Of a stretch of 64,000 nucleotides of DNA, positions 28,223 to 42,349 are shown piece by piece. Made by a program: the position numbers and the translations under genes. Each line of letters opens with the position of its first letter. The stretch's first letter is position 1. The notes under the pieces are model-generated. The model saw only the letters and a list, made by a program, of their open reading frames with translations. It ran no database searches and was not told the origin of the DNA. Source of the stretch: Kudoa neothunni (lineage: Eukaryota > Animalia > Cnidaria); the NCBI GenBank assembly GCA_964304625.1, contig OZ199838.1, forward strand, positions 5,810,443 to 5,874,442. Direction: 5' to 3'.

Positions 28223-31200
28223 ATGAGTTGCAAACTAACCGAATCTGAGCATGTGATTTATTTAGTTTTAAATATCGTAACCTAAAAATATAGAATAAAT
28301 TTATATCGTCACTTTATTGGTTGGTGTTTCGGCTGTCAGAAGATGAAAATCGTATATTGGATCTACCGTCCAATCTAACTATGCCCTGTGATCATGCATC
28401 GAACTCGACATTTACTATCAAGTCCGATGTAATGGATTACTTGTGTTCGGGTTATCCATATTACTGTTTGTGTGTGATATTGCAGACAAAATTGGATCCA
28501 TTGGCACATTTCAATATTGAAAAAAATCTAAATGGTGAAGAGTGTTTAAAAAAAGTGAACACATTTATAAACGATTTCCGAAAAATCGACACATTAGCAT
28601 ATTCTAGCCCAATTGTGGCGTCTGTTGATGTGTTGGAGTTAGCGGGAAATCGTGGTTTCAATTTTAAGGCTCACATCAAATTACTGGATATAATCATGTT
28701 TGCGTTTACTCACTTTTACGTGAACGTATCTCAAGTTGTAATTGAAGCGCAGAAACTACAACCTACTATATCGTTTAAATGTTTCGATGGCAACATGGAT
28801 TTGGAGAATGCTTTCGTCTTTTGGTTCAACTCGTTGTATACCAACATGAGTATTGAGCTGGAAGGGTTTCAACCGAAAAGCAATCGAAAATTTCTTGATC
28901 TTGTTGCCAATGGAGTAACACTCGGTTTGGTATTGATCAAATATTTTCCCAGCCTAGCAGAAGATGGCAATTTATCAGCCAAAGAATTGCAAAACTATAT
29001 TATCGCTTCGAATAGTTTGGATAAGCATAAAATCAACGAAATAAGGAAGCAGCTCTTGAGCAAATTCAGGAAACTTCTTGGCGAGTCAAAAAAATTGTTG
29101 ACTGTGCTGTGTTTAAGTTTGGGTGATATGATGTTTCCCGTGGAATCACTGAAACCAAATTTTATGGTGGTCCTCAGTGAATTGTTTCACTGCATCGTTA
29201 ATTCCACGCGATCCACAACCAGAGAATTTTCTCGTGCTGCGTACGAGCAGATGAGTGAAGATTTTGACGTTTTAGCCAGCTCGGATGATGTTAGCATCGA
29301 AGAAATGATTAAAAATATGAAACAAAATAACGCAGCAGATCTAATCGAAGTTGATCAACCTCAACCAATGTACAATATGAATGCCACTAATGTTACCAAT
29401 GTTGCAAATGAGTCCATCTTCCCCAATACTTCTATCCACCCAAGCATTACCTCTTATGCTCATGATCGTCTTAAAACTATATACTCTAGAATTGCTAGTA
29501 TCAAACAAAAAAACTCGTTCATTTCCAAGCCTAATTCCACATTTCTCAACGTGAACGACAATTATAATAATACGTTAGTGAACGTGGATTTAAGAGACAA
29601 CACCTTTAAACCATTAGTCAAGTTGTCACCTATTTACAGTGACAATGGCTTTAGCGAAGATATCGCTGAAACGTTACCGCAATCTGGAAATGAATGTCAT
29701 GGTAGCTTTTCAAATAGCTCTTTCCATCTAAATATTGACCAAATGTCAATTATTTCGCCCATTCATAACAGTGCAAATCATATATCGGCTAACCCACTGA
29801 ATGATTTCCAAGAAAACCACATAACACATTCACCAATTAGTAACATGAACCACTCCTCAAAAACAAACCTCGTCCAATCTTTCTATTTATAATTTTGAAA
29901 CCAACTTAAACAAATCGTGTGAAACCCCCCTCAATCTATCGCCATGAAGACAGTTTAACTACTGACGACGATACTGATCAGGAGTATGCTGATGAGAAAC
30001 TCACGGATACATCAATGTGGTTCAATCAGTCAAAAATTGCAGAGCTCGAAAAATCGATAAACATTACTTCAGCTAAACAAAATCTCACATACAATACCCC
30101 AACCAATGCATTGACAAATAAAAACAAGTCTTTTAATGAGACCACCATTCTTGATTATTTTAATTCTACTGATGACGAAATGCAGCCAACAGAAAATAAT
30201 AATTTTATTTCCATCAACAATCAGCATGAAACTTTGAATGATTTAGTTGGCCATAGATCTCTCACCAACTTAAATAACTCCAATTCTGTAAGAGTATCTA
30301 CACATCCTTTGGCAGGGATGAATTTTTCGGTTTCCTCCCCTACTTCTTCATCTTCATGCTCATCGTTTAACGATTTAAAACCACAATCCAGTTATCACTT
30401 CAAGCACTTCAACGTCATCTCCCCTTAACCCTCAATACCAATCCCCCACTCCTGCTTTGCTCCCATCTAATCTTATGCTATCGCCAATAGTCAATGCCAT
30501 CGATTCACCCCCAGAAGCTTCTCCTCCGCCTGACTCATGTACATAGATACAGTTGGTTTAGATGCTGATCTTGTTGTAGATAAATTGGACCTCTTTGAAC
30601 CTGAAAATCCTTCAAGCGATGAGCTGGAACGAAAAAAAACAACAATTTTTAGCTCGGATGCAACAGCGAAATAAACCAACCAACACAAAGTCAATAAAAT
30701 TTAATATGCCCGCCAAGTTCGCTGATATTTCTCCATCTGTTGATTTCACCTTAATACTCATTTAGGTTGAATACTACTGTTCAACGTAGAATTGAAAAAA
30801 ACAATCCACGTCCACGAACCACTCCTTCCAATCTTAATGAAAAATTTGAATCTAAATTTAATACGAGGTGTGCATTTGCTGGTAGATTGGTTGATACATT
30901 ATGTGTTTGTTTAGCACGTTAAAAAAGAACCCGAAACCTACTACTATTACTGACGTATCACGCTTAAATACTAGCAAAATTCCAAGTTGTATGCACCCAT
31001 CAAACTCAACTCCAATCGTTCACTTATACACAGTGCACTAACCAACTATTGTTTGGCTGGTGAAAGCAACAAGAAAATCCGGGAAAAAGCCATCGAACAA
31101 CTTTCACTCTGCAATGGCACCCATTTTCTTGTCCATCTCAAACCAACTTTTCAATACCGTGGTTTATATGTTTACTACCCCGAACAAGATGATATCGCCA

Positions 31201-31397
31201 CCAGAATACACGGCATAGGTCCTCGTCATATTGAAAAAGACAACGTGGACGCTGTGTACCGTTACCATAGTGATAAGAAACAATTTACAGTCATTCCCTT
31301 TTCCAAGACTATTTCAATCTCTGTGGATGGATTCACTATAGCTACGATTAAGAAACTGGGTAATTCAACGCCGTCTTCAACAATATTCCAACAATGA
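28223..31397 (+). CDS. CAMSAP: CAMSAP/Patronin microtubule minus-end-binding protein, with apparent frameshifts in the middle region
   Basis: C-terminal CKK domain (SNRSLIHSALTNYCLAGESN..HFLV..QYRGLY..GIGPR..YRYHSDKKQF..TISISVDGFTI). CAMSAP-type N-terminus and CH region (KFISSLYWLV, AHIKLLD, LENAFVFWFN, NFMVVLSELF). Introns at 28253-28293, 30539-30579 and two more near 30717-30914. Confidence 0.9.
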
Positions 31398-31706
31398 CCA
31401 CCGATACTAAGTCAACAACTTTTTCATTAATGACTTGAGTGGTTCAGAATTTCTAATCTATACTTACTATTGTACATTTGATATTCGCAGTGAATGTTTA
31501 GATGCGCTATGTGTATATTTCTCCAATCTAAGTCGCGTTAGGTGTTCTCATCCAAAATTTAAATTAGATTTTCGTTAGATTGATACAAAATAATTGTCAT
31601 TAAAATTGGATGCTTTCTTTTTTTTAATTAAAAATTAATATGAAAAGTTGATAATGGAATCATACCATAAGAATGATTAACTAATACTTCAAAATATCAT
31701 TTAGAT

Positions 31707-32978
31707 CAGGGGTTCTCATCCGTTTTTTCAAATTTACCTCACTTTGGAAACCAAATTCGTATTCACTTTAAGGTTTATATTGGTTTCGCTATTGCAGAGG
31801 TTATTTACATGGAAAATTCTAATCCTAAGGCATTTACACCTGTGTAATGACAATTTTGAATCCCATATACTCTAATTCATAAACTGCCTACGGATTTAAT
31901 TTTATTAGATTTTTATAAATTAAATTATTTCTGACCTCTCTTTCCCTCTTAGGCAGAGCTTCCCAAATCATTTTAGTTTCCGTACCCTCTACCACTTATG
32001 ATGGCAATTCCGCGCCCCTTGTCAAAGAAGAGATTTTAAAATAGATATTGGAATAATTTTAGGCGGAGAAAATATTTCTACTAACATTAAACGGGAAAAA
32101 TCCGTCTACTTTAACAAGGAAAAATGTAAATAAATACACGCAACTCATATTAAATTTAATGTTTTGATTTTTTTTTAATATTTTTCTCGCAATTATGAGG
32201 TTAAAACGAGATTTTTTATTGGAGAAGGATATGCAAAAATCATAATTTATAAGCGAATTAGAAATATTAATATTTTATTACAAAATATCAGATGTGAATA
32301 GTTGCTGTTTCGCGGAATGTTTCATTTTGTATTTTTTTGGTTTTAATTAAAAATTAAAAAATTAAATGAGAAAAATAAACATATGACCCAATATCAAATA
32401 TAAAATTTTAGTTTATAAAAATTTTTAATACAAGTCAATTTCAATAATTATTATAAAAATTTTAAATAATTCAACAAAAATAATAAAACAGTTAATTATG
32501 ACGCTAATTAAAGTTTAATTCTTATTCCTCTTATGATTTATTTAATGAAGTGAATAATACAATTTTTAATTATTCAACCCATTTTGAAACATTTTATAAA
32601 TTGGGGGTTTTTCATCAAAAAGTAAATATTTTGCAATTTTTTACATTGGGCTATTTAAGATTTAAATAAAATTATTTTGTAGGAATAAAAAGATGTAAAA
32701 TATCATTTTAATTTCGTATACTAATATGAGATAAATAGTAAATCTAAAACAAATTAATTTATAGTAAAATATATCAAAAGACTATTTGTTTATCAGACTT
32801 ATTTCAGCTTCGATTATGCTATATTTTCTAGAAAGGATCTGATTACTTAGAACCGGTACATTATGTAGGAAACATGCTCAGCTGTACTATTTTTTCGTTG
32901 ACTCAAGGTGTGAGTCTTGGATCACAGTAACTGTCTCCCGGACCACTGGGGGTCCTATAACCCCAACCAGGAAGCTTT
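31707..32978. mobile_element. Cluster of hAT (Charlie/Buster-like) non-autonomous elements
   Basis: caggggttctcatccgttttttcaaat matches the reverse complement of the 57922 end. A second TIR pair is cagagcttcc (31954) / ggaagctttg (~32978). Internal boundaries are ambiguous. Confidence 0.5.
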
Positions 32979-34316
32979 GACTTAGATTATACCTGTGTGA
33001 ATACAGTATTTAGCTTAATAGACTCTTATAGTATCATATTGAAACTCGAACACATCCAAATGTCACATGCCGCACTTAAGGTTATATATTAATATTCCAA
33101 TATTTTACCCTCATATCCTAACATAATGTAGTCTAATTTCATAACAAAATTTGTAAATCAATAGATTAAACTCGGTATTAAAAACTCTTTCTAACTCGTA
33201 ATATTAAGGATATTTACATTCCTCCTAAGTAGAAATATTAATAGATCATAATATCAATTTGAGAAACCAGTCGGTACTGCAGAGATGAGACAATGTCTCA
33301 GGAAGCTCAATCGAACTGTTCCTACAACAGATTTTAAAATTTTAAAGGTTTCAAACTTTTCAAATTTATTTGTATTGGATTTCGAAATAGTTATAAAAAT
33401 TATAAAATTGGCGTATAAGAGTATAGGACAGGGGTCTGAAACCCGAATGTGTTGCCCCCATCAATAATTACGATAAACTAGAAAGCAGGTCAGAATACAT
33501 ATAAATCCTTTAGCTGAAATGAGGTTTTCACAATACAATTAATAATTGGTCTAGTAAATTTATATTTTGATGTGTATAATCCAACTTTTTCATTGCAGCG
33601 CAAGAAGAATATAACTAACTTTCGACATTTTGTATGAGGGAATGACTAGTTTATATAATTTTTTATTCAAAAATTTGTTCGCTTTTATTTATACAGAATT
33701 TAATATTTCCTATACTTAAATAATGGTTCGAAACCGTATAAAATAATAATTAAACGTCTTCATCCGTCGCAATAATATTAATATCGTGTATCGATGAAAA
33801 TAGGTAAGAAATTCGTTTCGGGGAATGTTATTGTATTTATTTTTGAACACATTTATGTTTAGAAGAAGGGGGGTAATATTGAATTAACTCCATTTGATTT
33901 TCTATTAAACTTCTTAATGTGCTGAAAAGATCAATTATAAGAATAGGGAAAATTATGAAAGTGTTTCCTAATAAAAGAAAAATGTAACTCTATCATTAAC
34001 CCTATCGCGGGTCAGATAAACAAAGCTCCCGAACCGGTCATTGCCGATTCCTGCTTTAAAGAATACCTGTTCATTTAAATGTTTTATCAACAGGCTATTA
34101 TTGTGAAATTTACATTACATGACTCAATTAACGAACCATATTACCTCTACAAGTAAGTTGATTTTTATCTAGAGATTTTCCATGGTTGCAAGTGGATTTA
34201 AAAACTGTTTGCTGATAATCAAAGTTGAACATTTTTGTAGGTGAAATGCGTTAAAGGAAGAATGAACGAAAAAATCATGAAAAATAAACATAAAAATAAT
34301 TCATATATAATAACAC

Positions 34317-35770
34317 CTAGTCCGCCATGTTCTGTTCAAATAACTCTGTGGCTTTTTTATCAATGACATCGAGTTTCTCTTGTATTTCCTCGTCATCGTT
34401 GTGTTTGTTATGGTCGTTGAGGGCAATAGCGTCATTAAGTAGATCGCCGCTATCATAAGGAGTGACGAGAGGTGAATAGAGATCTGCAGGACAATTTGTA
34501 GGTGGTTCATATGGTTCAGTGTGATCGAAATCTCTCACAAGTAATGGGCCCCCATTGTAACCATGAATGGAGCCCATTATGTATATAACATCATGAGTTG
34601 TATTTACTCGAAGCACCTAAAACATCGTCATGAGAAGACGTAAAACCAAACGATCATGATCATTCCTAAAAGGTACTCTCCTGGGCGGGTTTTGTTGTAT
34701 TTTCAATCCAGTGTGGCCAGGCATTTTGAAACCAGGATATACCATACCCTTGAACTGGAAAAAGAGTAAGTCAATACAAATATCAATTAATCACATACAC
34801 CCTGCAAAGCGCCACCCTTTCGATGAGATAACGACACACCATGAGTGGACGGCAAACCTCTGAAACCCCATCGTTGCATTACGCCAAGGTAACCTCGATC
34901 TTTTCTACATTCAGATTGTTAAGATGGTGCACAATTAAGGGACTGGATACGTTTTTGAGGTAATTCTAACTCGTTGATCCGGACGAAAGAATGAAGCTCC
35001 AAAGGTTGACCCTAACCATATTGGAAAGATTGAGAATAACAATATTAATAAAAATCACAAGGAAACTAACCTATCTTAGGCTCATAGTCAGGGTCAACGT
35101 AAAAACCTCCAACAAAGCGTCGACGTTCAACATTATACTTTTCACATAAAATGTTTGCATAAGTACGAGTCTAAGTGTAAATATAAGAAAACAATAATCG
35201 CACGAGGATAAATTACCCTATTATTCAAACTAGGTATTGCTTTAATACCAGAGACTAAAATTCCAAGTCGTTTAAGTTTATTATTGAAAGACTCCACAAT
35301 ATATCTATCCAAAACAATATTGTCTTTAATCTATATGAAGTGTAAATCGAAGTTAAACTCATATCACTATGTCATTTTACCTGGATTAGTGTAACATGAA
35401 TACATTTGTTATTTTTTAGCCAAAAACATAGAGGAGGATCCCACCTTTATTCCAAACAGTCCGATTCGTTGATATTTTGCAATAGGACGTTCAAAATTGT
35501 GGTATTTTATCTTCCTCACCCATATTCTGTATAAAATGAGTCATTTTTTGGGTCAGCTGGATTGTTGTTATTCATAATTGAATCAAACAATGAGCTGTCA
35601 TCTACCAAAAATCCATCGACAGCTTCAGATGAGGCGAACCTTTTTTGTAAAAAATTGGTTTTGAATTTATGTGGGAAATTTAACAATTTTTTAAAAACGC
35701 CCGAACATCGTCGATATGAAGATATCAGGAGTGGATAGCGTAACACGTGATTTAAAATATCGTAACTCAT
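34317..35770 (-). CDS. MRPL3: Mitochondrial ribosomal protein uL3m, multi-exon
   Basis: [60 protein letters not shown] and [19 protein letters not shown]. The basic N-terminus resembles a transit peptide. About six short introns. Start and first intron are uncertain. Confidence 0.9.
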
Positions 35771-37341
35771 TTCCGTTCGGCCAAGTTATCACATGGCCTA
35801 TCATCGTATTTGAAAAGCTATTTTATTTTTCATTGATACAAATAAAATGTGCTGATATAAAACAGAATATTCGGTTAGCCCTATTTTTCTATCGTTTCAT
35901 TACATTTCATATAGATTATAGACCATGACATCTTAGAATAGAATTAATCACTCGTGTTTCTACTTTTGATTTTTCTTTTATAAACTAAAAGAAAAGTAAA
36001 TTTATATTTTAAGTTTGCATTTATTGATTTACTCAGATTTAATTATACGTCGGCGCTTCCTAATAAACATTGGGCTCGCACCCTCTGTATACGATAAGGC
36101 GTAGCTGACATAAAAATTTCTCAACAATCTCTTTCTATAGTGGTCGAATCTCTAATCTCATAAGCCCATAGTTCGCTTCTTCTAGAAGCAGGGGGACCCC
36201 CAGTTGGGAAATGCTGCTTTAAGGATACCGCGTAAAAAGAACCATTAAAGCTATACTAGAGAAATTGCGATTAGGACTGTAGTCGAGGAGGGAAGAAGTC
36301 CGATGTTGGTTTCATCTAACTGAAAAATTAGAAAATCGACGTCTTATGGAATAATAAATGCATTAAAGGAAACCAATAAAATCAATAAGGCTGTAAGGAG
36401 TTTTCAGGAATGGGACTCTTTCTTGGGATATCGAAGAGTGATTAAAGGGACTAATTGGTGGAAACTGCGCGGCTAATCTTCAGTCGATAATTAAAAAAAT
36501 GCAATACTGTTCATACATTGTTGTTTGGGGGACTTAAAATAATAAACATGATTTTTATATTATAATAGTGATTTTACAGTTCTAATAGATTATATCTAAT
36601 TTTATCATTCTAATGCAAATTTATGTGATGAATACAATTAAGAAATTTATTGTCTCCTAAGACGTAACTCATTATTGATTTTTAGGAGGAATTCTTTTCC
36701 CAGGTTAAATCTAAAAATAGTAAAAACAATACTTTGGTGAAAAAATAAGATGTCCAACGAATGATGGAAAAGTTTAATTCAATTTTATCTAAACCTCTGA
36801 ATAACTACTTTTAAAACTGTGGAACATTCATTGGTAGGTGCCACGTTCTTCAGGATATCGAAAGGAATTAATAGAATTAATTTTTTATGTCTAAGTTGTT
36901 CAGTTTTAACTATCACAGTATTGTATATTAATATTTTTATGATGCTAGACTTATTACATTATATTTTTATTCTGTAAGCTAATATAGTTTAGTTTGATCG
37001 ACAAAATATTTGTCTTTGTGTGCTCAACCCGACAGTCAATAACATTGTGTATAAATATTCTTTCTCTTATTCAACTTTTAAAATAAAAATGAACCCAATA
37101 TAATATTTTTTTAAAATATAAATAAATTGTGTATAAATAAGTTAAAAAAATAGTTGTTTACAATAATTCAGCCTATAAGAGTTCAAAATAAGTGATCGTA
37201 TAGGAAAATTTATTTTAAATGGAGTAAATATATTAAACGAGAAAATATAAAAATAAATAATTTTTTTATGATTCACGTTTTATCTTATTAAAATATATTT
37301 TGGGTGTTCAGAATTAAATGCAAAATTTGTTAAATCATAAA

Positions 37342-38091
37342 TAGGGCATCCAATTTTCGACGCTTTTAAGCATAAAGAAGATTATACGCAGATTTTCGCA
37401 AACATCTCTATGACGCAAAAAGCACAAATTAACATTTCACATATGACAAAATTTTATTTTAATTTCACTATTTTAATATAATTATAATATCATCGAAATT
37501 TCTCCTCTCGAAAGATCATGCTTAATATCCCAAAAACTTTTAATTACGAATGAAGACAACGGTTTGTTTACAAAATATTGTCGGGAAAGTTGGCATTGCT
37601 ATAATCTTTTTTCAAAAAATGTAGGTAAATGCTTATCACCGGAAGTTTGAACATTAGAAAGTTAACGTGACGAAGGACAATATCTTTAGGAAAAACTTCT
37701 AGGTCTTGTGAGATTATCTATTATTTTAAGTGGTAATCCATCGTATACATCGGCTGAAACAAGATACATCTTTATTTTTTGATTTTTATAATATCGTGAT
37801 AACGAAGGGAATTATGAGAGATGTGCTTTAACGATTCCATCATTCAAAGATGCTTCAATTATATAAAACGTTTTTGCACACGGGTTTGTTTTGTAGGTAA
37901 CTTTAACTTGCGACATCTGTAAACAAATTCATTTTAAATAATTTTTAAATCAATCCAATACTTAATAAAATGCCCTAAATCACATCTTTTTGTGTCCATT
38001 CTTATTGAGGTGCCCTTTCCGAAACACCCTGAAAAAATTAACGTCGAACCATCATGATAAAATCGATTTTAATCGAAAACGGCATTCCCTA
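37342..38091. mobile_element. hAT MITE (750 bp)
   Basis: TIRs tagggcatccaattttcga / tcgaaaacggcattcccta. TSD atcataaa / attataaa. Homologous over its length to 60174-61021 in the opposite orientation. Confidence 0.85.
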
Positions 38092-38600
38092 ATTATAAAA
38101 AATAATTCAACCGACTCAAAACATAACGTCGCGTCTGAATATGGCGAATATAGTAATGAACGGCGATGTATCAACTGACCTCAGCGCGTACGTCGAAGAA
38201 AATAATGATTTCATTAAAACTCATAATGAAACCAAAATGTATGGAAATATTAACTACAAAAAAAAGAGATGACAGATAGATTATTGCATATATTAACTAA
38301 CTTAGTGGAAGTGATTGTAGCAACTTATTTAGTGTGCTTAAATCCTTTTCACGAGCGTATGAATGAACTTATAATCATTAAAATGAAAATTCCGCCATTA
38401 ACCATTAATTCAAACTTAATTTTATTACGTAAGAGATAAAAGCTATAGGTAGACCCAAGACAATGAATAATTATTTCGAATTTGATAAATAACGTCTTGA
38501 TATCTATGTGGTATGCTTGTAAAAATATAATCATTTTGTTTGAAAGGTTGACATAAGTTATTCGCTTTATAACGTACAAAACTAACGGAAATAAAATCAA

Positions 38601-41600
38601 GGCACTGGCTATTCTTACGACAACGAATATCTTTTTTCTTACTAAAGATATTTTAAATATGAATTTAAAAACATTTTATTACATTTTTTTCCTACAAAAA
38701 TTTAGGTTTTTATAAATTATTATTTCGATAAAACTAATACATATATTTCGCCATTACAAGTACTAAAAATGATTAAAACCAGATCTTCATTAATATTTAC
38801 GACATTTTACAGTATTTTTGGATCGAAAAATCATGAAAATTGTGTTAATGTAACTTCATTTGCAATGGAGGCCATTAGCCCACGTGTCAATGTTAAGACC
38901 TCATTCGATTATTGCGTCACGAACTACATCACATTTTAATTACATTTAGATCTAAAATGCAATTTTAAAAGCTTATTTTTAAAATTAATAATCTAATTTG
39001 TTCTATTTGTTTATAACATACTTCATTTATCTTGGTGAATATAGCGACATAATAACTACCTATTATTTCGTTCAAAATGATATATATTTTTCAGGTTAAG
39101 TATCTGGAAAGATATTGAGGTTAATTGTATTTCATAATAATTACATTAAATAAATTTTAATAATATTATTGTCTTAAAAATTAGATAAAATGATTATTTC
39201 CTCCACCACATAATTATACGGCATAATTTTAACAAAAAGATAAAACCTGCTAATATTAATTATCTTAAAAAATATAATATTTACTAGTAATTCATTACAT
39301 ATATTAACAATTTGTTTCCGAGTCTGTTAATATCCCCAATCATTTTAAAGTAAAAACGTTATGTTGCGCAGTATTATGGAAATCATGGATTGTGAACAGT
39401 CTGCTGACTTCTTTATTGGAATGAAATTTGATTCGTACGAAAAGTTACAAATTAAAGTGAAAGAATACGAAGAAAAACATTTTTGCAATTTAAAAATTAG
39501 ACATTCGAGAAAAATTTCAAATGCACAACGAAGATTAAACAGATCCATAAATTCTCAGTTGGTTTATTATGACATTAATTACGTGTGTTTCTTTGGTGTT
39601 CCTTACAAACGCAAAAGCAGTGGAGATAGAAACAAATTATCATTTAAGAAGGAATGCCCATTTATTATCTCGCTCCGGAGCACTGTGGACGGTAACTTTT
39701 TGGAGGTGAAATCACTAAATTTAGTCCATAACCATTCCTGCGATCAAAGAATGTTCGAAAACCCTCCTCCACAAAGAAGAATTAACCTGGATGATCCAAT
39801 GATATCGGAGTTAATATCATTAAGAGCAAATAAAAGGTTAATTCAATGTAAGTTAAGCGAAGAAACCGGCGAGAAAATTACATTAAAATCTATCCATAAT
39901 GTAAAGACTGTTTCTACCGTCGAACCGAAAAATATTGATTCCGTTATTACAATATTGAAAAATGATTATAATTTCTGAATTAAAATTCTTGCTAGTGAAA
40001 ATTCTGTCAATGGAATTTTCTTCGTGGATAACGAAATGCTCCATGTTCTTGAATGTTTTCCTGAGCTATTATTCATAGATGCCACTTAAAGCTGTTGGAT
40101 TCAAGGTACGAAACCCTATTTTATAACAAATGACGATTGCATTTGTAGAGCTCCTCTTTATTTAACTGCATCTCAAGACTCTTTTGGTTTAGCCCATATC
40201 ACTAGTGCCTGTATTTTATATGAGGAGACAGCAGAAGCCATAACATGATTTCTGAACGAATTGTTAGATGCTGCACCGTGGTTACAATCCAAAACGATGT
40301 CAATAATAACTGACAAAGACCACTTGTTACGAAAGTGTTTAAGTTTCGTATTTCCTTCCACAAAGTTAATACTATGTAAATTCCATGTATTACAAGCGTT
40401 ACAGCGGGGAATAAAAGTCGGAAAGTATGGTATAACAACCGAAACAAAAACACTTATTCTTCAAATATTAGAAAAAATGACTTATGTCAAGAACAAGGAA
40501 AATCTTGACCGCTTAGCTTATGTTGTGAACTTTTTGACCTCGGAGTTGAGGAACTTAATGATTATTTCAAAAAGAATTGGCTATCCATTTACCAGGAATG
40601 GATAATTGGATTAAGTATGGCTGAGCATTACTATAATAATACAACGGATAACAGAATTGAATCCATTAATGCAAAACTAAAAACTGTAGTGAAAAAGTTT
40701 TCAACTTTGAGTGATTTTTTCGACAATTTCTTCCGATTTTTGAAATCGCAAAGGATTGAGCGGCAAAGCAACATTGCTATGGAACTAATAAAACCATACG
40801 ATTCTTCCAACGATAATGAGACTTTCATAAAATATCATAATTATCTCACGCCCTATTCTTCAAGTATAATCCAGGAAGAATTATTAAAAATAAAGGACGC
40901 CACTTTAGAAGAAAATTCCAGTTACAATTCCTGTAATTGTTCAATGCATAAAGCATTCAATCTTCCTTGTCGTCATATTCTACAAAAACGTGCACTCAAC
41001 TTAATCAACTTGTTTGATGAATCATTGTGCCATTCTCGTTGGGCTAGGGAGCATGCGAATAATTTCTTAAATGTTCTAAATGTTAACAATTGTAAAGATT
41101 TTCATGATGAGGGAGTTGTAAAAATCAAACCTAAAGACACTATCCAAACTCCTTCTCAAAGATTAAGACTGTCTTCAGTGCTTACAAAAAAGTTGGCGAC
41201 TACATCTGCAGAGTTTTGCGGAGATTATTTTCAAACTTCCATTGAAGTTTTTAGAAGACTTGAATGTGTGATTAAAAATCATGATACAAAAATGATGTCG
41301 GCTATAAATGAACTAAGTTATTTACTATTTGTTGCAAATGTGTAAGTATATTAGTGAAAATAAATTTGAGAGAACATAACGCTTTCATTGAAATCATATC
41401 CTCCAATCCTGAAAGTGAATTGTCTTACACAAGTATTTCGTAAATGAAAATATTTTATTAATATAATTTAAACTTAGATGATGAATATACTGAAGAAAAA
41501 TACGGTAAACTAACCGTAATACTTAGTGATGGTAATGTATTTAGCTGAAAGCTTTGCTAGTAAAAGTATGAATCAGGAAAAAACTAATGATACATATAAA

Positions 41601-42282
41601 AGTAACTAATTTTTTATTAATCATAAAAAATTTTTAGATATACCCATTCCATCCAAAGTCAAGTCTGTCGGAAGGCCTAGGAGTAGCAGATCAACTACTA
41701 TTGGACTTCCGAAGAAAAAACAAAAATAAAATTTCAATAGATAATTGATAATAAAAGTTAATTAATTATGACATTTCCCAAATATTGATTGCTAATTATG
41801 TATTTCGATTTATATTTTAATGTTAAGTAACTTGAATTATGAAGTGATGACGTATGATTTTTTGAGTTCAGTCTATTTGGCTTAAAAAAATTCTAAATTT
41901 GATTAATATTAGTTGTATTTTTCTGTAAATATCTTATAAAATGATACTATTTCAAACAATTAATCCGTACCAGACCGTAACGTTGACACGCGGGCTAATG
42001 GTCTCCATTGTAAATGATGTTATATTAGCACAATTTTCGTGATTTTTCGATTCAAAAATGCTTTAGAATGTCGTAAATGTTAATGAAGATCTGGTTTTAA
42101 TCATTTTTAGTACTTGTAATGGCGAAATAAGGCAAAAATATATGTATTAGTTTTATCGCAATAATAATTTATAAAACTTAAATTTTTGTAGGAAAAAAAT
42201 GTAATAAAATGTTTTTAAATTCATATTTAAAATATCTGTAGTAAGAAAAAAGATATTCGTTGTCGTAAGAATAGCCACTTCC
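38601..42282 (+). mobile_element. Mutator/MULE transposon, SWIM-containing transposase pseudogene
   Basis: About 300-bp TIRs and a perfect 9-bp TSD taaaatcaa (38592-38600, 42283-42291). FAR1-like N-terminus (CPF..HNH), FPELLFIDAT, IITDKD, LCKFHV, NNTTDNRIESIN, SWIM motif CNC..LPCRH. Contains stops and frameshifts. Confidence 0.95.
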
Positions 42283-42349
42283 TAAAATCAATCTTATAAT
42301 CCTGGCGCATGCACCATTGTTGTGGAAAGAGACACTATCTTGATTAATA

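Noticed and set aside
35480-35530. Apparent shifty-stop frameshifts in MRPL3 (GGG TGA, TTT TGA)
   Set aside because: A ~62-nt GT-AG intron with a gctgac branch-like site ending in tatacag restores the frame, so no frameshift is needed.
38601-42282. CpG-to-TpG differences between MULE TIRs as evidence of methylation
   Set aside because: Only about three such changes occur among many differences, and many CpGs are intact. This cannot be separated from general AT bias by eye.
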